A stretch of DNA of 35,038 nt from Candidatus Micrarchaeota archaeon (GTDB taxonomy: Archaea > Micrarchaeota > Micrarchaeia > Anstonellales > Bilamarchaeaceae): assembly GCA_040754495.1 (NCBI GenBank), contig JBFMCO010000065.1:1-35038 (forward strand), read 5' to 3'. Below are positions 17,510 through 26,864 of the stretch, piece by piece. The notes beneath the pieces are model-generated. The model was not told where the DNA came from. It searched no databases and saw nothing but the letters and a program-made list of their open reading frames with translations. Every line of letters begins with the position of its first letter. The stretch's first letter is position 1. The translations under genes and the position numbers were made by a program.

Positions 17510-18304
17510 ATGTCCGTGATATTGGCTGCCAGCACGATTCGTGGCGCAGGGCACGCCCTTGCTCTTTCCGCTGCAAAACGCTTCGGGAGGTATACGCCTG
17601 AGGCTGAAGGGAGGCTCAGGGAGCTGCAGAAAGCGGGGACCCCCGTGCTGGATGCCCTCCATGCCGCATGGCGGGAATGCGCGGGCAGGGACGGAACAGG
17701 CGACGAGAGGTATTTCTGGACGACTGAGGCCATCCGGTACGCCTTCTATTCCCCGGCGGACGTCGAGGCATTCAGCATTGCCATGAGCGGATTCCCGGAC
17801 GGGTCCGGATTCCCGGCCATGGCCGGCTATTTCCTCAGCGCGCTCGTGAACGGCGGCCCGCCCGGCGCATACACGCTCCATGCGACCTCGGCGGGCAGGA
17901 TGATAGACCACCTCGGCTACTGGAACTCGAAGGACCTTCTGGTGAAAGGGCCGGCGGGCCTTTCGGCCGGGGAGGAGATGCTTGCCGGGACGCTGACGAT
18001 AGAAGGTAACGCCGAGCACTACCTCGGCCTCGATGCCGGGGGCGGGATGATTCATGTCGAAGGTAGCGCAGGGCACTACGCAGGCAGGAAGCTGAAGGGC
18101 GCGGAAATCCTCATCGAGGGCGATGCCGGGAACGGCCTTGGCGCGTTCATGTCGAGGGGGAGGATAACCGTCCTCGGCAGGGCAGGGAAGGAGGCCGGAA
18201 GGTGCATGAGGGGCGGCAGGATAGACCTCGAAGGCGATTACGAAAGCATGAGCAGGCACGTTATTGGCGGGGAGATATACCACCGGGGAGCCAGGATAAG
18301 ATAG
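17510..18304 (+). CDS. GXGXG beta-helix (FwdC/GltB-C-like) domain protein, family B copy 3
   Basis: ALSAAKRFGRY N-terminus, then AGEEMLAGTLTIEG, AGRKLKGAEILIEG, LGAFMSRGRITVLG and AGRCMRGGRIDLEG repeats. Confidence 0.85.
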   Translation: MSVILAASTIRGAGHALALSAAKRFGRYTPEAEGRLRELQKAGTPVLDALHAAWRECAGRDGTGDERYFWTTEAIRYAFYSPADVEAFSIAMSGFPDGSGFPAMAGYFLSALVNGGPPGAYTLHATSAGRMIDHLGYWNSKDLLVKGPAGLSAGEEMLAGTLTIEGNAEHYLGLDAGGGMIHVEGSAGHYAGRKLKGAEILIEGDAGNGLGAFMSRGRITVLGRAGKEAGRCMRGGRIDLEGDYESMSRHVIGGEIYHRGARIR

Positions 18305-18316
18305 CCGGAGCCACGC

Positions 18317-19537
18317 TCACGAAACCACGCGCACGTCCCGGAACGCTATGCGCGGCGCAATCAGCGAGCCCTGCACCCGCTGGCTGCTCTCTATGGCCTC
18401 GATGTTCGAGAACATGTCGAAGACGTTTCCGCTCAGCATGAAGCCCTTCATCGGCCTGCGCTTTCCCTTCTCGACGAGGAACGCAGCGCTGACCTCCAGC
18501 CCTATGTCCCCGCTCGTGATGTTGGCCGTGTGCGAGCCGTGCGCGTAATGGACCTCTATGAATCTCTCCAGGTCGCCGAGGTCCTTCCGGTCGCCCGGGG
18601 AGATGACTATGTTCGAGGCGCCGATTGAAGGCGGCGAGTCGTAAGAGCCGCGGGTGCATGCACCGGAGCGCTCCTCCCTGGCGAGGGCGGCGGTCTCGCG
18701 GTCGTACATGAACGACTTCACCTCTCCGTTCTCGATTAGCGCCCGTCTTGCTGAGGGCGTGCCTTCATCGTCGAAGGGGCGCGCATTCACGCCCGCGGAA
18801 AGGCCGTCGTCGTATATGGAAAGCGCCCCGGAGAACGCCTTCCCCTCGGCAAGCCGGGTTATGCCCCTCCGCTTCCAGTCCCCGGAGAATGACGGCAGGA
18901 GCGTTTCCACGAGGCTTTCCAGCGCCTCCACCTCCATCACCACCGTGTAAGAGCCGCCATCGGGCTTGCCCGCATTCTGCATGGAGCGGGCCATCTCCGC
19001 CGCCCTCAGGCCGAGGGATGCGGTCTCCCCGGGCTTCCGCGTCGAGGCGAGGTAGGAGAGCCCGAACCCGTCCCCGTCCATGCACTCGACATAGAGGGAG
19101 GCAGTGGTCTTGGCGTACGCACCCGAAAGGCCGGCGGTGTTCTCAAGCCTCACCTCCTCCCGCTCCATGGAGGATATCACGCGCGGCTTGCCTCCCTTCG
19201 ATGCGGCGGCATCCTTCGCCTCTTCCACCAAATAGCGCAGGAGGTCGATGTCATCCGGCTCAAGTGCAGGGTCCGCCACATCCAGAGGCGGGAATTGCGA
19301 TTGAGGCGCGAACGAGAAGCCGCTTTCGACCGAGAATTTCGAGAGCCTGCGGGCCCGGGAAAGCGCCTCGTCCAGCCCTGATTCGGCCTGGCAGTAGGCG
19401 AAGCCGAGCCGCCCGGCCTCGAGGACGCGCACGGAGATGCCGGCCGTTGCGTCGCTTTCCTTTATCTTCATCTGGCCGCCGCTGAAGGTGAGCATGGACG
19501 CGCCCGCGGACATCCGGTAGACCTCGCTCCCCGACAT
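18317..19537 (-). CDS. pmbA: TldD/PmbA family protein (PmbA-like)
   Basis: GISVRVLEAGRLGFAY, RPFDDEGTP, LIENGEVKSFMYD and ITSGD...SAAFLVEKG. No TldD HExxGH motif seen. Confidence 0.88.
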   Translation of the reverse strand: MSGSEVYRMSAGASMLTFSGGQMKIKESDATAGISVRVLEAGRLGFAYCQAESGLDEALSRARRLSKFSVESGFSFAPQSQFPPLDVADPALEPDDIDLLRYLVEEAKDAAASKGGKPRVISSMEREEVRLENTAGLSGAYAKTTASLYVECMDGDGFGLSYLASTRKPGETASLGLRAAEMARSMQNAGKPDGGSYTVVMEVEALESLVETLLPSFSGDWKRRGITRLAEGKAFSGALSIYDDGLSAGVNARPFDDEGTPSARRALIENGEVKSFMYDRETAALAREERSGACTRGSYDSPPSIGASNIVISPGDRKDLGDLERFIEVHYAHGSHTANITSGDIGLEVSAAFLVEKGKRRPMKGFMLSGNVFDMFSNIEAIESSQRVQGSLIAPRIAFRDVRVVS

Positions 19538-19569
19538 ATAGTTTTAATCCGTGCGCTGGATTAAAAAGC

Positions 19570-20106
19570 ATGAGACTGTTCGTCGCGGTTCCGGTTCCTG
19601 ATGAACTGAAAGGCCGCCTTGCCGCCCTCGGCATGGAGATTGCGCAGGACGGAATAAGCCTGGTGAAGCCGGACAACATGCACCTCACGCTCAAGTTCCT
19701 CGGCGAAACCCGGGACGCGGAACTCAAAACCATCGGGAAAAGGCTGGCCAGCGTAAGGTTCGCACCTTTCCAGTGCGAACTCAGGGGGGTGGGCGTTTTC
19801 CCGAGCGAGCAGTACGTCCGCGTCGTGTGGGCAGGGGCCGAGAGCGGCGGGAAGCTGGAATCCCTTGCAAAGGACGTCATCGGGGCGCTCTCCGGATACG
19901 GGGCGGACGATAGGTTCACGGCGCATCTCACAATCGCGAGGGTGAAGAGGAAGCTGGCCCTGTCGCCTTTCCTTGAAAAGCACAAAGGCGAGAGCTTCGG
20001 CCGGTTCGACGTGAGCGTATTCCGGCTCATGCAGAGCGAACTCGGGCCTTCGGGGCCGAAATACTCGGTGCTCGCGGAATTTCCGGCGGGGCAATCGGAT
20101 GCTTGA
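19570..20106 (+). CDS. thpR: RNA 2',3'-cyclic phosphodiesterase (2H family, 2'-5' RNA ligase-like)
   Basis: MRLFVAV, HLTLKFLG and HLTIAR (two HxT motifs), SELGPSGPKY. Confidence 0.95.
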   Translation: MRLFVAVPVPDELKGRLAALGMEIAQDGISLVKPDNMHLTLKFLGETRDAELKTIGKRLASVRFAPFQCELRGVGVFPSEQYVRVVWAGAESGGKLESLAKDVIGALSGYGADDRFTAHLTIARVKRKLALSPFLEKHKGESFGRFDVSVFRLMQSELGPSGPKYSVLAEFPAGQSDA

Positions 20107-20935
20107 GCTTCTCCCAGCGCTAGGCTCGCTGTTATTCGTCGGCGCAAGCGGCGCCGCCACGAAGCTCGCCATAGCGAAGGCTGGCAGGCACAAGGCGCTG
20201 ATGTACAGCTACGTCGTCATGGTTGCACTGCTTTGGGCAGGCGCCTTCGCGGCAGGCATCACGGTCTCCATGCCGGAGGGGATGTGGGCGGCGTATGCCA
20301 TCCAGGTGGTGGTCGGGGCCGGGGCGGTCATCGCGTTCTTCAAGGCCATGGAGCATGGCAGCTCCAGCGTGATGATTGCGCTCTCGGAATCCTACGTGCT
20401 GATTGTGATAGGCGCCGGCGTCCTGCTGCTGGGAGAAAGCCTGCCTGCAACGGACATTCTCGGCTCGCTGCTGATAATCGGGGCCTCTGCGCTCCTCGCC
20501 TTCGAGGGACGGAACTGGAAACTGGAGAAGGGGGCCGCGTACATGGCGCTTACAGTGCTCGGCTGGGGATATTACTATGCTTTCCTGAAGGTTTTCGTGT
20601 CCTCCATGGGATTTTATGAGGCGACGCTGGCCCTCGAGAGCGGGATTTTCGCGCTGATAGCGGCTTACTATATGCTAAGGGGGAGGGACGTGACGCTTCC
20701 GCCGCCCCAGTGCAGGCAGGTCATCATCATGCGGGGCGGCATCGTATTCTCCAGCGCGCTTCTCTACGCGCTTTCGGTCAGCATCATCGGAGTCGCCCTC
20801 ACGGCCGCAATCGGCGCAGGCTCGCCAGTTGCCAATGCGGTCGTATCCAGGATAATCCTGAAGGAAAGGCTGGATGGCTACAAATGCGCCGCGATACTGC
20901 TGATGGCTGCAGGGCTCGCGCTGATAGCGCTCTGA
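20099..20935 (+). CDS. EamA/DMT family transporter
   Basis: About ten hydrophobic helices in two repeats, ending ILKERLDGYKCAAILL. Confidence 0.85.
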   Translation: MLELLPALGSLLFVGASGAATKLAIAKAGRHKALMYSYVVMVALLWAGAFAAGITVSMPEGMWAAYAIQVVVGAGAVIAFFKAMEHGSSSVMIALSESYVLIVIGAGVLLLGESLPATDILGSLLIIGASALLAFEGRNWKLEKGAAYMALTVLGWGYYYAFLKVFVSSMGFYEATLALESGIFALIAAYYMLRGRDVTLPPPQCRQVIIMRGGIVFSSALLYALSVSIIGVALTAAIGAGSPVANAVVSRIILKERLDGYKCAAILLMAAGLALIAL

Positions 20936-20973
20936 AAATAGGTAAAAATAGAGAGAATATAGAAAAAGAAAAA

Positions 20974-21828
20974 TCAGTAGTTGACTTCGCTCAGCACCGT
21001 GTTGAACGCGGTGTACGGGTATGCGCCCGGTATCAGGACGACATACTCGTTGTCGTTCTCGAAGAGCTCTATGCCCTGGCCGTACTGCGAGTTCAGCGAG
21101 GAGACGGCCCCGCTTATGTCAGCGAGGCTCACCTTGCTCTTCGGGATTATGAGGAAGTTCGACGGGGTCCCGCTCACGCCGTAGGTCTGGCCCTGCGCCA
21201 TGTCCGCGTTTATCTCGGACTTGGGCTCCTCGGAATCGTAGCACGTGCCGAACGTCGCGGCGTTCAGGCCGAGGTCGGATGCGTAGCCCTTGAACGTGTC
21301 GCCTGCGTCATCCAGGCCGGACCACGACGACTGGCTTTCGAAGAGCTTGTCGTGCATCTCCCAGAACTTGCCCTGGGCATCCGCGCAGCTTGCGGCGATG
21401 GCCGCGGGCATCGCGTTCGGGTGGAACGAAAGCGGGAAGTCCCTGAAATAGACCTTGACCTTGCCGGAGTCCACGTAGTTCGTCTTCACCTGGGCCAGCG
21501 CATCGCCGTAGAGCTTGGAGCAGAACGGGCACTGGAAGTCGGAGAACTCCACGAACGTGACTGGAGCGGACGAGCTTCCGAGGACCGGATGGTTCCCGGC
21601 AGCCACCTGGAGCTTCTGCAGCTGCGTCGGCTGGGTCGGCTGTGTCGGCTGCGTGGGCTGCGTCGGTTGCGCCGGCGCGGCCGGCTGCGTCGCATTCGTT
21701 GCCGGGCCCTTCACTATGCCGAATCCCCCGGTCAGGACCGAGAGCAGCAACATAGCGCCAAGCCCTACGATGATTATCCCGTAGAACATGTCCTTGCTGA
21801 CAGTTATTGTGCTTTCCTTCTCCGCCAA
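20974..21828 (-). CDS. DsbA family thioredoxin-fold protein, membrane anchored
   Basis: APVTFVEFSDFQCPFC, VYFRDFPL, GKFWEMHDKLF and GVSGTP. TTG start with GAGGTGA upstream. Confidence 0.92.
   Translation of the reverse strand: MAEKESTITVSKDMFYGIIIVGLGAMLLLSVLTGGFGIVKGPATNATQPAAPAQPTQPTQPTQPTQPTQLQKLQVAAGNHPVLGSSSAPVTFVEFSDFQCPFCSKLYGDALAQVKTNYVDSGKVKVYFRDFPLSFHPNAMPAAIAASCADAQGKFWEMHDKLFESQSSWSGLDDAGDTFKGYASDLGLNAATFGTCYDSEEPKSEINADMAQGQTYGVSGTPSNFLIIPKSKVSLADISGAVSSLNSQYGQGIELFENDNEYVVLIPGAYPYTAFNTVLSEVNY
21622..21675 (-). repeat. 9-bp tandem repeat encoding a (PTQ)n linker
   Basis: CTGCGTCGG-like units x6 on the + strand, encoding PAQPTQPTQPTQPTQPTQ. Confidence 0.85.
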
Positions 21829-21971
21829 TATATCACCTCATGCTTGGAAAATGCGTGATTCCAACAGATGTTCGCTCTCATATATAATTGTTTTGAAATG
21901 CTGCTGTGCCAAAAGTAAGTTCCGGCTCAGGTTTATAAGATTTGCAAGGCAGTGCGTAAGCGGCTGAGTTT

Positions 21972-22667
21972 ATGACGACGCTCGATCGCGCGATAATCGC
22001 ATCTTACGAGAAGGATGGGAAGAGGTTCGAGCTTTACGTGGACCCGGACGCGGCGTACGCCTTCATCGAGAAGAGGAAGCCGGACGTGAAGAACATCCTC
22101 GTGGCCGAGGAGATTTATGCCGACGCGAAGAAAGGCGAGAAGGCGAAGGCCTCCGACGTCCAGAAGGTGTTCGGCACCACCGACGTTGTTGTGATACTCG
22201 AGTTCGTCCTGAGGAACGGGGAGGTCCAGCTCACGACCGAACAGAGGCGGAAGAAAGTAGAGGAGAGGAGGAAGCAGATAATCGCCATACTGCTCCGCGA
22301 GGCCATAGACCCGAGGACGAAGGCGCCGCACACCCAGATAAGGCTCGAGCAGGCGATGGAGCAGGCGAACATCCATGTGGACCCCTTCAAGGACCCCCGT
22401 GAGCAGCTCGAGGACGTAGTGAAGGCATTGCGGCCCCTCCTTCCGATGAAATTCGAGAAGGTGAAGATTGCGGTGAAGGTGCCGGCACCTTTCGCGCACA
22501 AGTGCTACGGGACGCTGAAGAACTACGGCATAGAGAGGGAGCAGTGGCTCAACAACGGGGACCTTGTCGTAGTGGTGGAGATTTTCGGCGGCCTGCAGGG
22601 CGAGTTCTACGACAAACTGAACAAGCTCACGACCGGGCAGGTCGAGACGAAGATTCTCCCGGGCTGA
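21972..22667 (+). CDS. sdo1: ribosome maturation factor SBDS/Sdo1
   Basis: KRFELYVDP, IYADAKKGEKA, GEVQLTTEQRR and IDPRTKAPHT. Confidence 0.96.
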   Translation: MTTLDRAIIASYEKDGKRFELYVDPDAAYAFIEKRKPDVKNILVAEEIYADAKKGEKAKASDVQKVFGTTDVVVILEFVLRNGEVQLTTEQRRKKVEERRKQIIAILLREAIDPRTKAPHTQIRLEQAMEQANIHVDPFKDPREQLEDVVKALRPLLPMKFEKVKIAVKVPAPFAHKCYGTLKNYGIEREQWLNNGDLVVVVEIFGGLQGEFYDKLNKLTTGQVETKILPG

Positions 22668-22670
22668 GAT

Positions 22671-22952
22671 TCACTGATTGCCGGATACTTCGAGCGCGGC
22701 CGCCTCTCCCGAGAGCCTGAGATATATTTCCTCGCTCAGGGCCTTGTCCTCGCCCTCCAGGAAAGCGTACAGACCCGGCTCGGAGCTGCGCATCTTCGAG
22801 AAGAATTCCTTTTTCTCCCGGAGGATTCTCATCGCCTCGGCCCGGCTTGCTGTCCTCAGCTTCTGCATCCATCTGACGTATTTGGAGATGGCTTCGCGGT
22901 AGGGCGCGGAATTGACGAGCTTTGCCAGCCGTTCGCCGAATTCAGACGCCAT
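22671..22952 (-). CDS. small helical hypothetical protein (93 aa)
   Basis: Start set at ATG 22952 (MASEFGERL) with GGAGGT upstream, overlapping the protease stop. Confidence 0.7.
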   Translation of the reverse strand: MASEFGERLAKLVNSAPYREAISKYVRWMQKLRTASRAEAMRILREKKEFFSKMRSSEPGLYAFLEGEDKALSEEIYLRLSGEAAALEVSGNQ

Positions 22953-24105
22953 GCGCAAGACCTCCCTGCTGCTCCATCCTGGCCCTCGCCCCGCTGACAA
23001 TCGGGTCCTGGTCCCATGTCGAATGGTCGATTCCCTGCGCATCCATGCGCCCGACTATGTAGGAAAGCGCCTCGGCCGCCCCGCGCTTGCCCATGAGCGT
23101 ATCGAAACTCCCTGCGCCAAGCTGCGAGTCCAGCCGCGTGCGCACTTCCGTGAAATCGCCCGTGAAATACGCGGTGCGGAGCACGGCCTCGCCGCCCTCG
23201 CCGAGCAGCTGCTGGAGATAGAAGCTGGTGGTCGTTTCGGCCGGGTAATTCACAGAACGGGGCCCGAGTCCGCGCGAGCGGATTTCCTGCTGCGTGATGA
23301 GCTCTGTCAGGCCCTCGTGGGCCATCCACCCCATCCGCTGGTCGCAGGAGTAGAGGTTCCCGTCGTCCCCCCTCCAGCGCATATCGGCCCCGCCGCCGAG
23401 CCAGGCAGCGTAATGCAGCTGCTCGTGGAGCAGGATGTGCCGTGATTCGCCTTCCCCGTATCCGAGAAGGGCGTCCTGGCCGCTGATGATGATTGCGTTA
23501 GCCCCTGGCAGGAACGCCCCGGGCGAGCCGAGCATCTGGAGGGAAACGAACAGCTCCTCGCCGCGTATGTCCTCGCCATGGTGCATGACCGCTACGACAG
23601 GCGGCGCGCCGGAAACCCGCTCCGCGAGGTCCGCCCCGGCGATGGATGGCAGCCAGTTCTGGCATATGTCGGCTGACAGCTCCCCGAGCGTCGCATCTTC
23701 CAGCGGCCCGAGGTAGGGGATGGCTGAGTAGTCGTCTTCGGAAATGACGCGCTCCGGCCCCGCATGCCCTTCGGCCATGCGCGACCATTCCTCTTCGCTG
23801 ATGGCAGAAACAGGCCCCTGCGCAATCCTGCCCCTCGTGGCGCGGAGCATGGACTGCCACCTCTCCCCCTGCAGTTGCCCCAAAGACCCGGGCCGGCTCC
23901 CGCCCCGCGAATCATCCTGCGGGAGCGACTCCTTGACCGTAGCGGCGTAGGTTATCAGCCCCATCAGGGCATTTTCCGCGGCACGCAGCGACCTCTCGAG
24001 GAGCACTGGCAAAGTAAGCCTCGGAACCGGGGATTGCGACTCCTCGCGGTGCTGGGGCAAAGGATTGGCAGTCTTCCTTCCCATTTCGGCCTCGGCGCCC
24101 CCCAT
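22942..24105 (-). CDS. putative zinc metallopeptidase (HExxH, gluzincin-like)
   Basis: ILLHEQLHYAA followed by HEGLTELIT (candidate third ligand Glu). Confidence 0.8.
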   Translation of the reverse strand: MGGAEAEMGRKTANPLPQHREESQSPVPRLTLPVLLERSLRAAENALMGLITYAATVKESLPQDDSRGGSRPGSLGQLQGERWQSMLRATRGRIAQGPVSAISEEEWSRMAEGHAGPERVISEDDYSAIPYLGPLEDATLGELSADICQNWLPSIAGADLAERVSGAPPVVAVMHHGEDIRGEELFVSLQMLGSPGAFLPGANAIIISGQDALLGYGEGESRHILLHEQLHYAAWLGGGADMRWRGDDGNLYSCDQRMGWMAHEGLTELITQQEIRSRGLGPRSVNYPAETTTSFYLQQLLGEGGEAVLRTAYFTGDFTEVRTRLDSQLGAGSFDTLMGKRGAAEALSYIVGRMDAQGIDHSTWDQDPIVSGARARMEQQGGLAHGV

Positions 24106-24290
24106 GCGGATATGATATGTGAAAGAGATTTTAAATGAGGCCGATATGCCATTTTTAAAATCTTTCCGTCCCTAATCCTTTTCGGATTGAGACACAAAAA
24201 GGAACATAGCTGATGCTATATCCTGTTTTTGGTGAAAAAACGAGCGCCAGCCCTTGAGCTATTGGCGGGCACGCAAAAAGAGGTTTTGAG

Positions 24291-24962
24291 ATGGAAAAAC
24301 GGGTGATATTGCCAGGCGAGAAGATAGCCGACGGCAGGATAAACGCCCCGAACACCTTTTACGATGGCGGCGCGACTTACGCAGCCGTAATCGGCATGGT
24401 GGACGACGAGGGCAGGTACATACCGCTTGAGAATCGGTACCGGCCGGTAGTAGGGGACGTGGTCGTGGGTAGCGTAGTGGACGTGCGCCATGCGGGCTAC
24501 GAAGTGGACCTGAACCTCCCGCAGGGCGGATTCATACCGACGAGAGACGTCCGGCTCACGCTCCAGCGTGGCGACTTCGTGATATGCAAGATAAAGTCGG
24601 TAACCGAGGTCGGCGACGTGGACCTCGGCGAGGTGAGGCGCCTGCCCAAGGGGAAGATAATAGAGTTCCCCTCTGCGAAAGTCCCGAGGCTGATTGGAAA
24701 GAAGAGCAGCATGATAACCCTGCTCAACAACTACACAGGCGGGGACATCATGGTCGGGAACAACGGCTATGTCTGGATGAGCGAGAAGAGCGACATGCCC
24801 CTGCTCCTCCGGGCCATAAAGATGATAGAGAGGAAGGCCCACAAGTCCGGCCTCACGGACGAGATGGCGGCTTTCCTCAGGAAGGAAACCGGCGACAGGC
24901 CGGTCCAGGCGCCCCAGAGGGAAGAGGGCGGAGAGGAAGGTGAAGGATATGGCAGACAGTAG
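24291..24962 (+). CDS. rrp4: exosome complex RNA-binding protein Rrp4
   Basis: VILPGEKI, YRPVVGDVVVG (S1), KVPRLIGKKSSM (KH) and IMVGNNGYVW. Confidence 0.95.
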   Translation: MEKRVILPGEKIADGRINAPNTFYDGGATYAAVIGMVDDEGRYIPLENRYRPVVGDVVVGSVVDVRHAGYEVDLNLPQGGFIPTRDVRLTLQRGDFVICKIKSVTEVGDVDLGEVRRLPKGKIIEFPSAKVPRLIGKKSSMITLLNNYTGGDIMVGNNGYVWMSEKSDMPLLLRAIKMIERKAHKSGLTDEMAAFLRKETGDRPVQAPQREEGGEEGEGYGRQ

Positions 24963-25695
24963 CGGAAAAGTCCAGCTCATAATAGACGGGAAGAGGACCG
25001 ATGGCAGGGCCATGGAAGACCTGAGGAACCTGCGCATCGAGGTAGGAGTGATATCCGAGGCCGACGGCTCTGCCTACGTGGAGTGGGGAGGCAACAAAAT
25101 CGTGTGCGGCGTCTACGGCCCGAGGGAATGCATCCCGAGGCACGAGGCGAGCCCGTATCATTCGCTCGTGAAATGCAGGTACATGATGTCTCCATTCGCA
25201 TCGCTCGAGGAGCACAGCAGGAGCGGCCCGTCAAGGAGGAGCACGGAGCTCTCCAAGGTCATACGCGAAGTCTTCGAGAACCTGATAATAGCAGAGAGGT
25301 TCCCGAACACGCAGATAGACATTTACATAGACGTCCTCCAGGCGGACGGCGGAACCAGGACCGCTTCGGTGACCGCAGCGGCGGTCGCGCTCGCGAACGC
25401 CGGCATCCCCATGAAGGACATGGTGGCCGCGGTGGCCGTGGGAAAGGCCGGGAACATGCTTGCCCTCGACCTGAACAAGCTCGAGGACAACTTCGGCCAG
25501 TCCGACATGCCAATCGCCATCTCGCACAGGGACGGCAAGCTGCTCCTGCTGCAGATGGACGGCCTGCTCACCAGGGAGGAGGTCGTGACCATGCTCGACA
25601 TGGCGGCCAGGGGCTGCGAGAAAGTGAACGCGATGCAGTCCGATGCCCTCAAGAGGTTCTACGAGAAGGGCGAGGAGGAAGAGGTTAAGTGGTGA
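24949..25695 (+). CDS. rrp41: exosome complex exonuclease Rrp41
   Basis: GKRTDGRAMEDLR, ADGSAYVEWG, VYGPRE, RRSTELSK and QADGGTR active site. Start set at ATG 24949. Confidence 0.97.
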   Translation: MADSSGKVQLIIDGKRTDGRAMEDLRNLRIEVGVISEADGSAYVEWGGNKIVCGVYGPRECIPRHEASPYHSLVKCRYMMSPFASLEEHSRSGPSRRSTELSKVIREVFENLIIAERFPNTQIDIYIDVLQADGGTRTASVTAAAVALANAGIPMKDMVAAVAVGKAGNMLALDLNKLEDNFGQSDMPIAISHRDGKLLLLQMDGLLTREEVVTMLDMAARGCEKVNAMQSDALKRFYEKGEEEEVKW

Positions 25696-25699
25696 TGAC

Positions 25700-26497
25700 A
25701 TGGGCGAAGAAGTAAAAGACATAATCATGTCCCACATCAGGAGGGACATCATGGGGAACACCCTCGGCAAGGGGGTACGGTTCGATGGCAGGAAATTCGA
25801 CGAATTCCGGCCGATATCCGTGCAGAGAAGCGTGATAAAGACGGCCGAAGGCTCGGCCATCGCGAAGATCGGCGACACGCAGGTGCTGGTCGCAACCAAG
25901 TTCGACATCGTGAAGCCATTCGCGGACAGGCCGACCGAGGGCGTCCTTGTGACGAACTCCGAGCTGCTGCCTCTCGCATCGCCTTCCTTCGAGCCTGGCC
26001 CGCCGAACGAGAACTCCATTGAAGTGGCGAGGGTGGTCGACAGGGCGGTCCGCAGCGCCGAATGCGTAGACCTCAACTCCTTCTTCGTTGAAAATGAGAA
26101 GGTCCTCGGCCTCTACCTCGACATATACGTGCTAGACCATGCCGGCAACTACACGGATGCAGCGACCATCGCGGCCACCGCCGCGCTCCTGGACACGAAG
26201 ATGCCCAAGGTCGAAGGCGGCAAGATTATCCGCGGGGAGTACACCGGCATGCTGAACCCGAGCAAGCTGCCCGTAACGACCACGATGATAAAGGTCGGCG
26301 AGCACTGGCTGACAGACCCCTCGCGCGATGAGGAGCGCGTGCTCGAGACCGTCCTCACGATTGGCACTACCGAGGAGCACGTGTGCGCCATGCAGAAGGG
26401 AAGGGGCTCCCTCACAAGGGACGAGCTCGTGTCGGCGATGGAGATAGCTTTTAAAAGAGGGGACGACATAAGAAAGATACTGAAAGGGGTAGAGTGA
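25700..26497 (+). CDS. rrp42: exosome complex protein Rrp42
   Basis: RFDGRKFDEFRPI, AEGSAIAKIGDTQV and FEPGPPNENSIEVARVVDR. Start set at ATG 25700. Confidence 0.96.
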   Translation: MGEEVKDIIMSHIRRDIMGNTLGKGVRFDGRKFDEFRPISVQRSVIKTAEGSAIAKIGDTQVLVATKFDIVKPFADRPTEGVLVTNSELLPLASPSFEPGPPNENSIEVARVVDRAVRSAECVDLNSFFVENEKVLGLYLDIYVLDHAGNYTDAATIAATAALLDTKMPKVEGGKIIRGEYTGMLNPSKLPVTTTMIKVGEHWLTDPSRDEERVLETVLTIGTTEEHVCAMQKGRGSLTRDELVSAMEIAFKRGDDIRKILKGVE

Positions 26498-26502
26498 TTC
26501 AG

Positions 26503-26526
26503 CTTCCTGCGGTGTGCCGCAGGAAG
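26503..26526 (+). promoter_or_regulatory. GC-rich hairpin between rrp42 and rpl37ae
   Basis: CTTCCTGCGG-TGTG-CCGCAGGAAG, a perfect 10-bp stem. Confidence 0.5.
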
Positions 26527-26569
26527 TTTGATGAAACTTTATCTGGCGTGCAATAGGAGGAAAGTTTCA
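26523..26569 (+). repeat. 47-bp palindromic dispersed element, copy A (overlaps rpl37ae start)
   Basis: GAAGTTT-GAT-GAAACTTTA-N15-GAGGAAAGTTTCA(TG). Confidence 0.8.
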
Positions 26570-26805
26570 TGCAGACTGCAAAATTCGGCGCTTCAAACAG
26601 GAAGCTGGTCGACAAGGCCATAAAATCCAAGAAGGCCAGGTACGAGTGCCCCAAATGCCACAAGCTCAAGGTCACGCGCAAGGCAACGGCGCTCTGGGCA
26701 TGCAAGGCGTGCGACGCCAGGTTCGCGGGCGCAGCCTACTCGTTGCGGAGCGAGGCGGGCGAGATATCCGCGCGCGTAATCAGCGAGTACACCAAGTCGT
26801 CTTGA
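26569..26805 (+). CDS. rpl37ae: 50S ribosomal protein L37Ae (eL43)
   Basis: KFGASNRK, YECPKC...WACKAC..FAGAAY, in conserved position after rrp42. Confidence 0.93.
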   Translation: MQTAKFGASNRKLVDKAIKSKKARYECPKCHKLKVTRKATALWACKACDARFAGAAYSLRSEAGEISARVISEYTKSS

Positions 26806-26864
26806 AATCGTCTGTACGGACGTAGGCCGGATGACGTTTGATGGCCGGGCGGGGTTCATCGGAA

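Noticed and set aside
12862-18304. Formylmethanofuran dehydrogenase or glutamate synthase function for the GXGXG proteins
   Set aside because: Only the structural beta-helix is present, and no catalytic partner subunits occur in the window.
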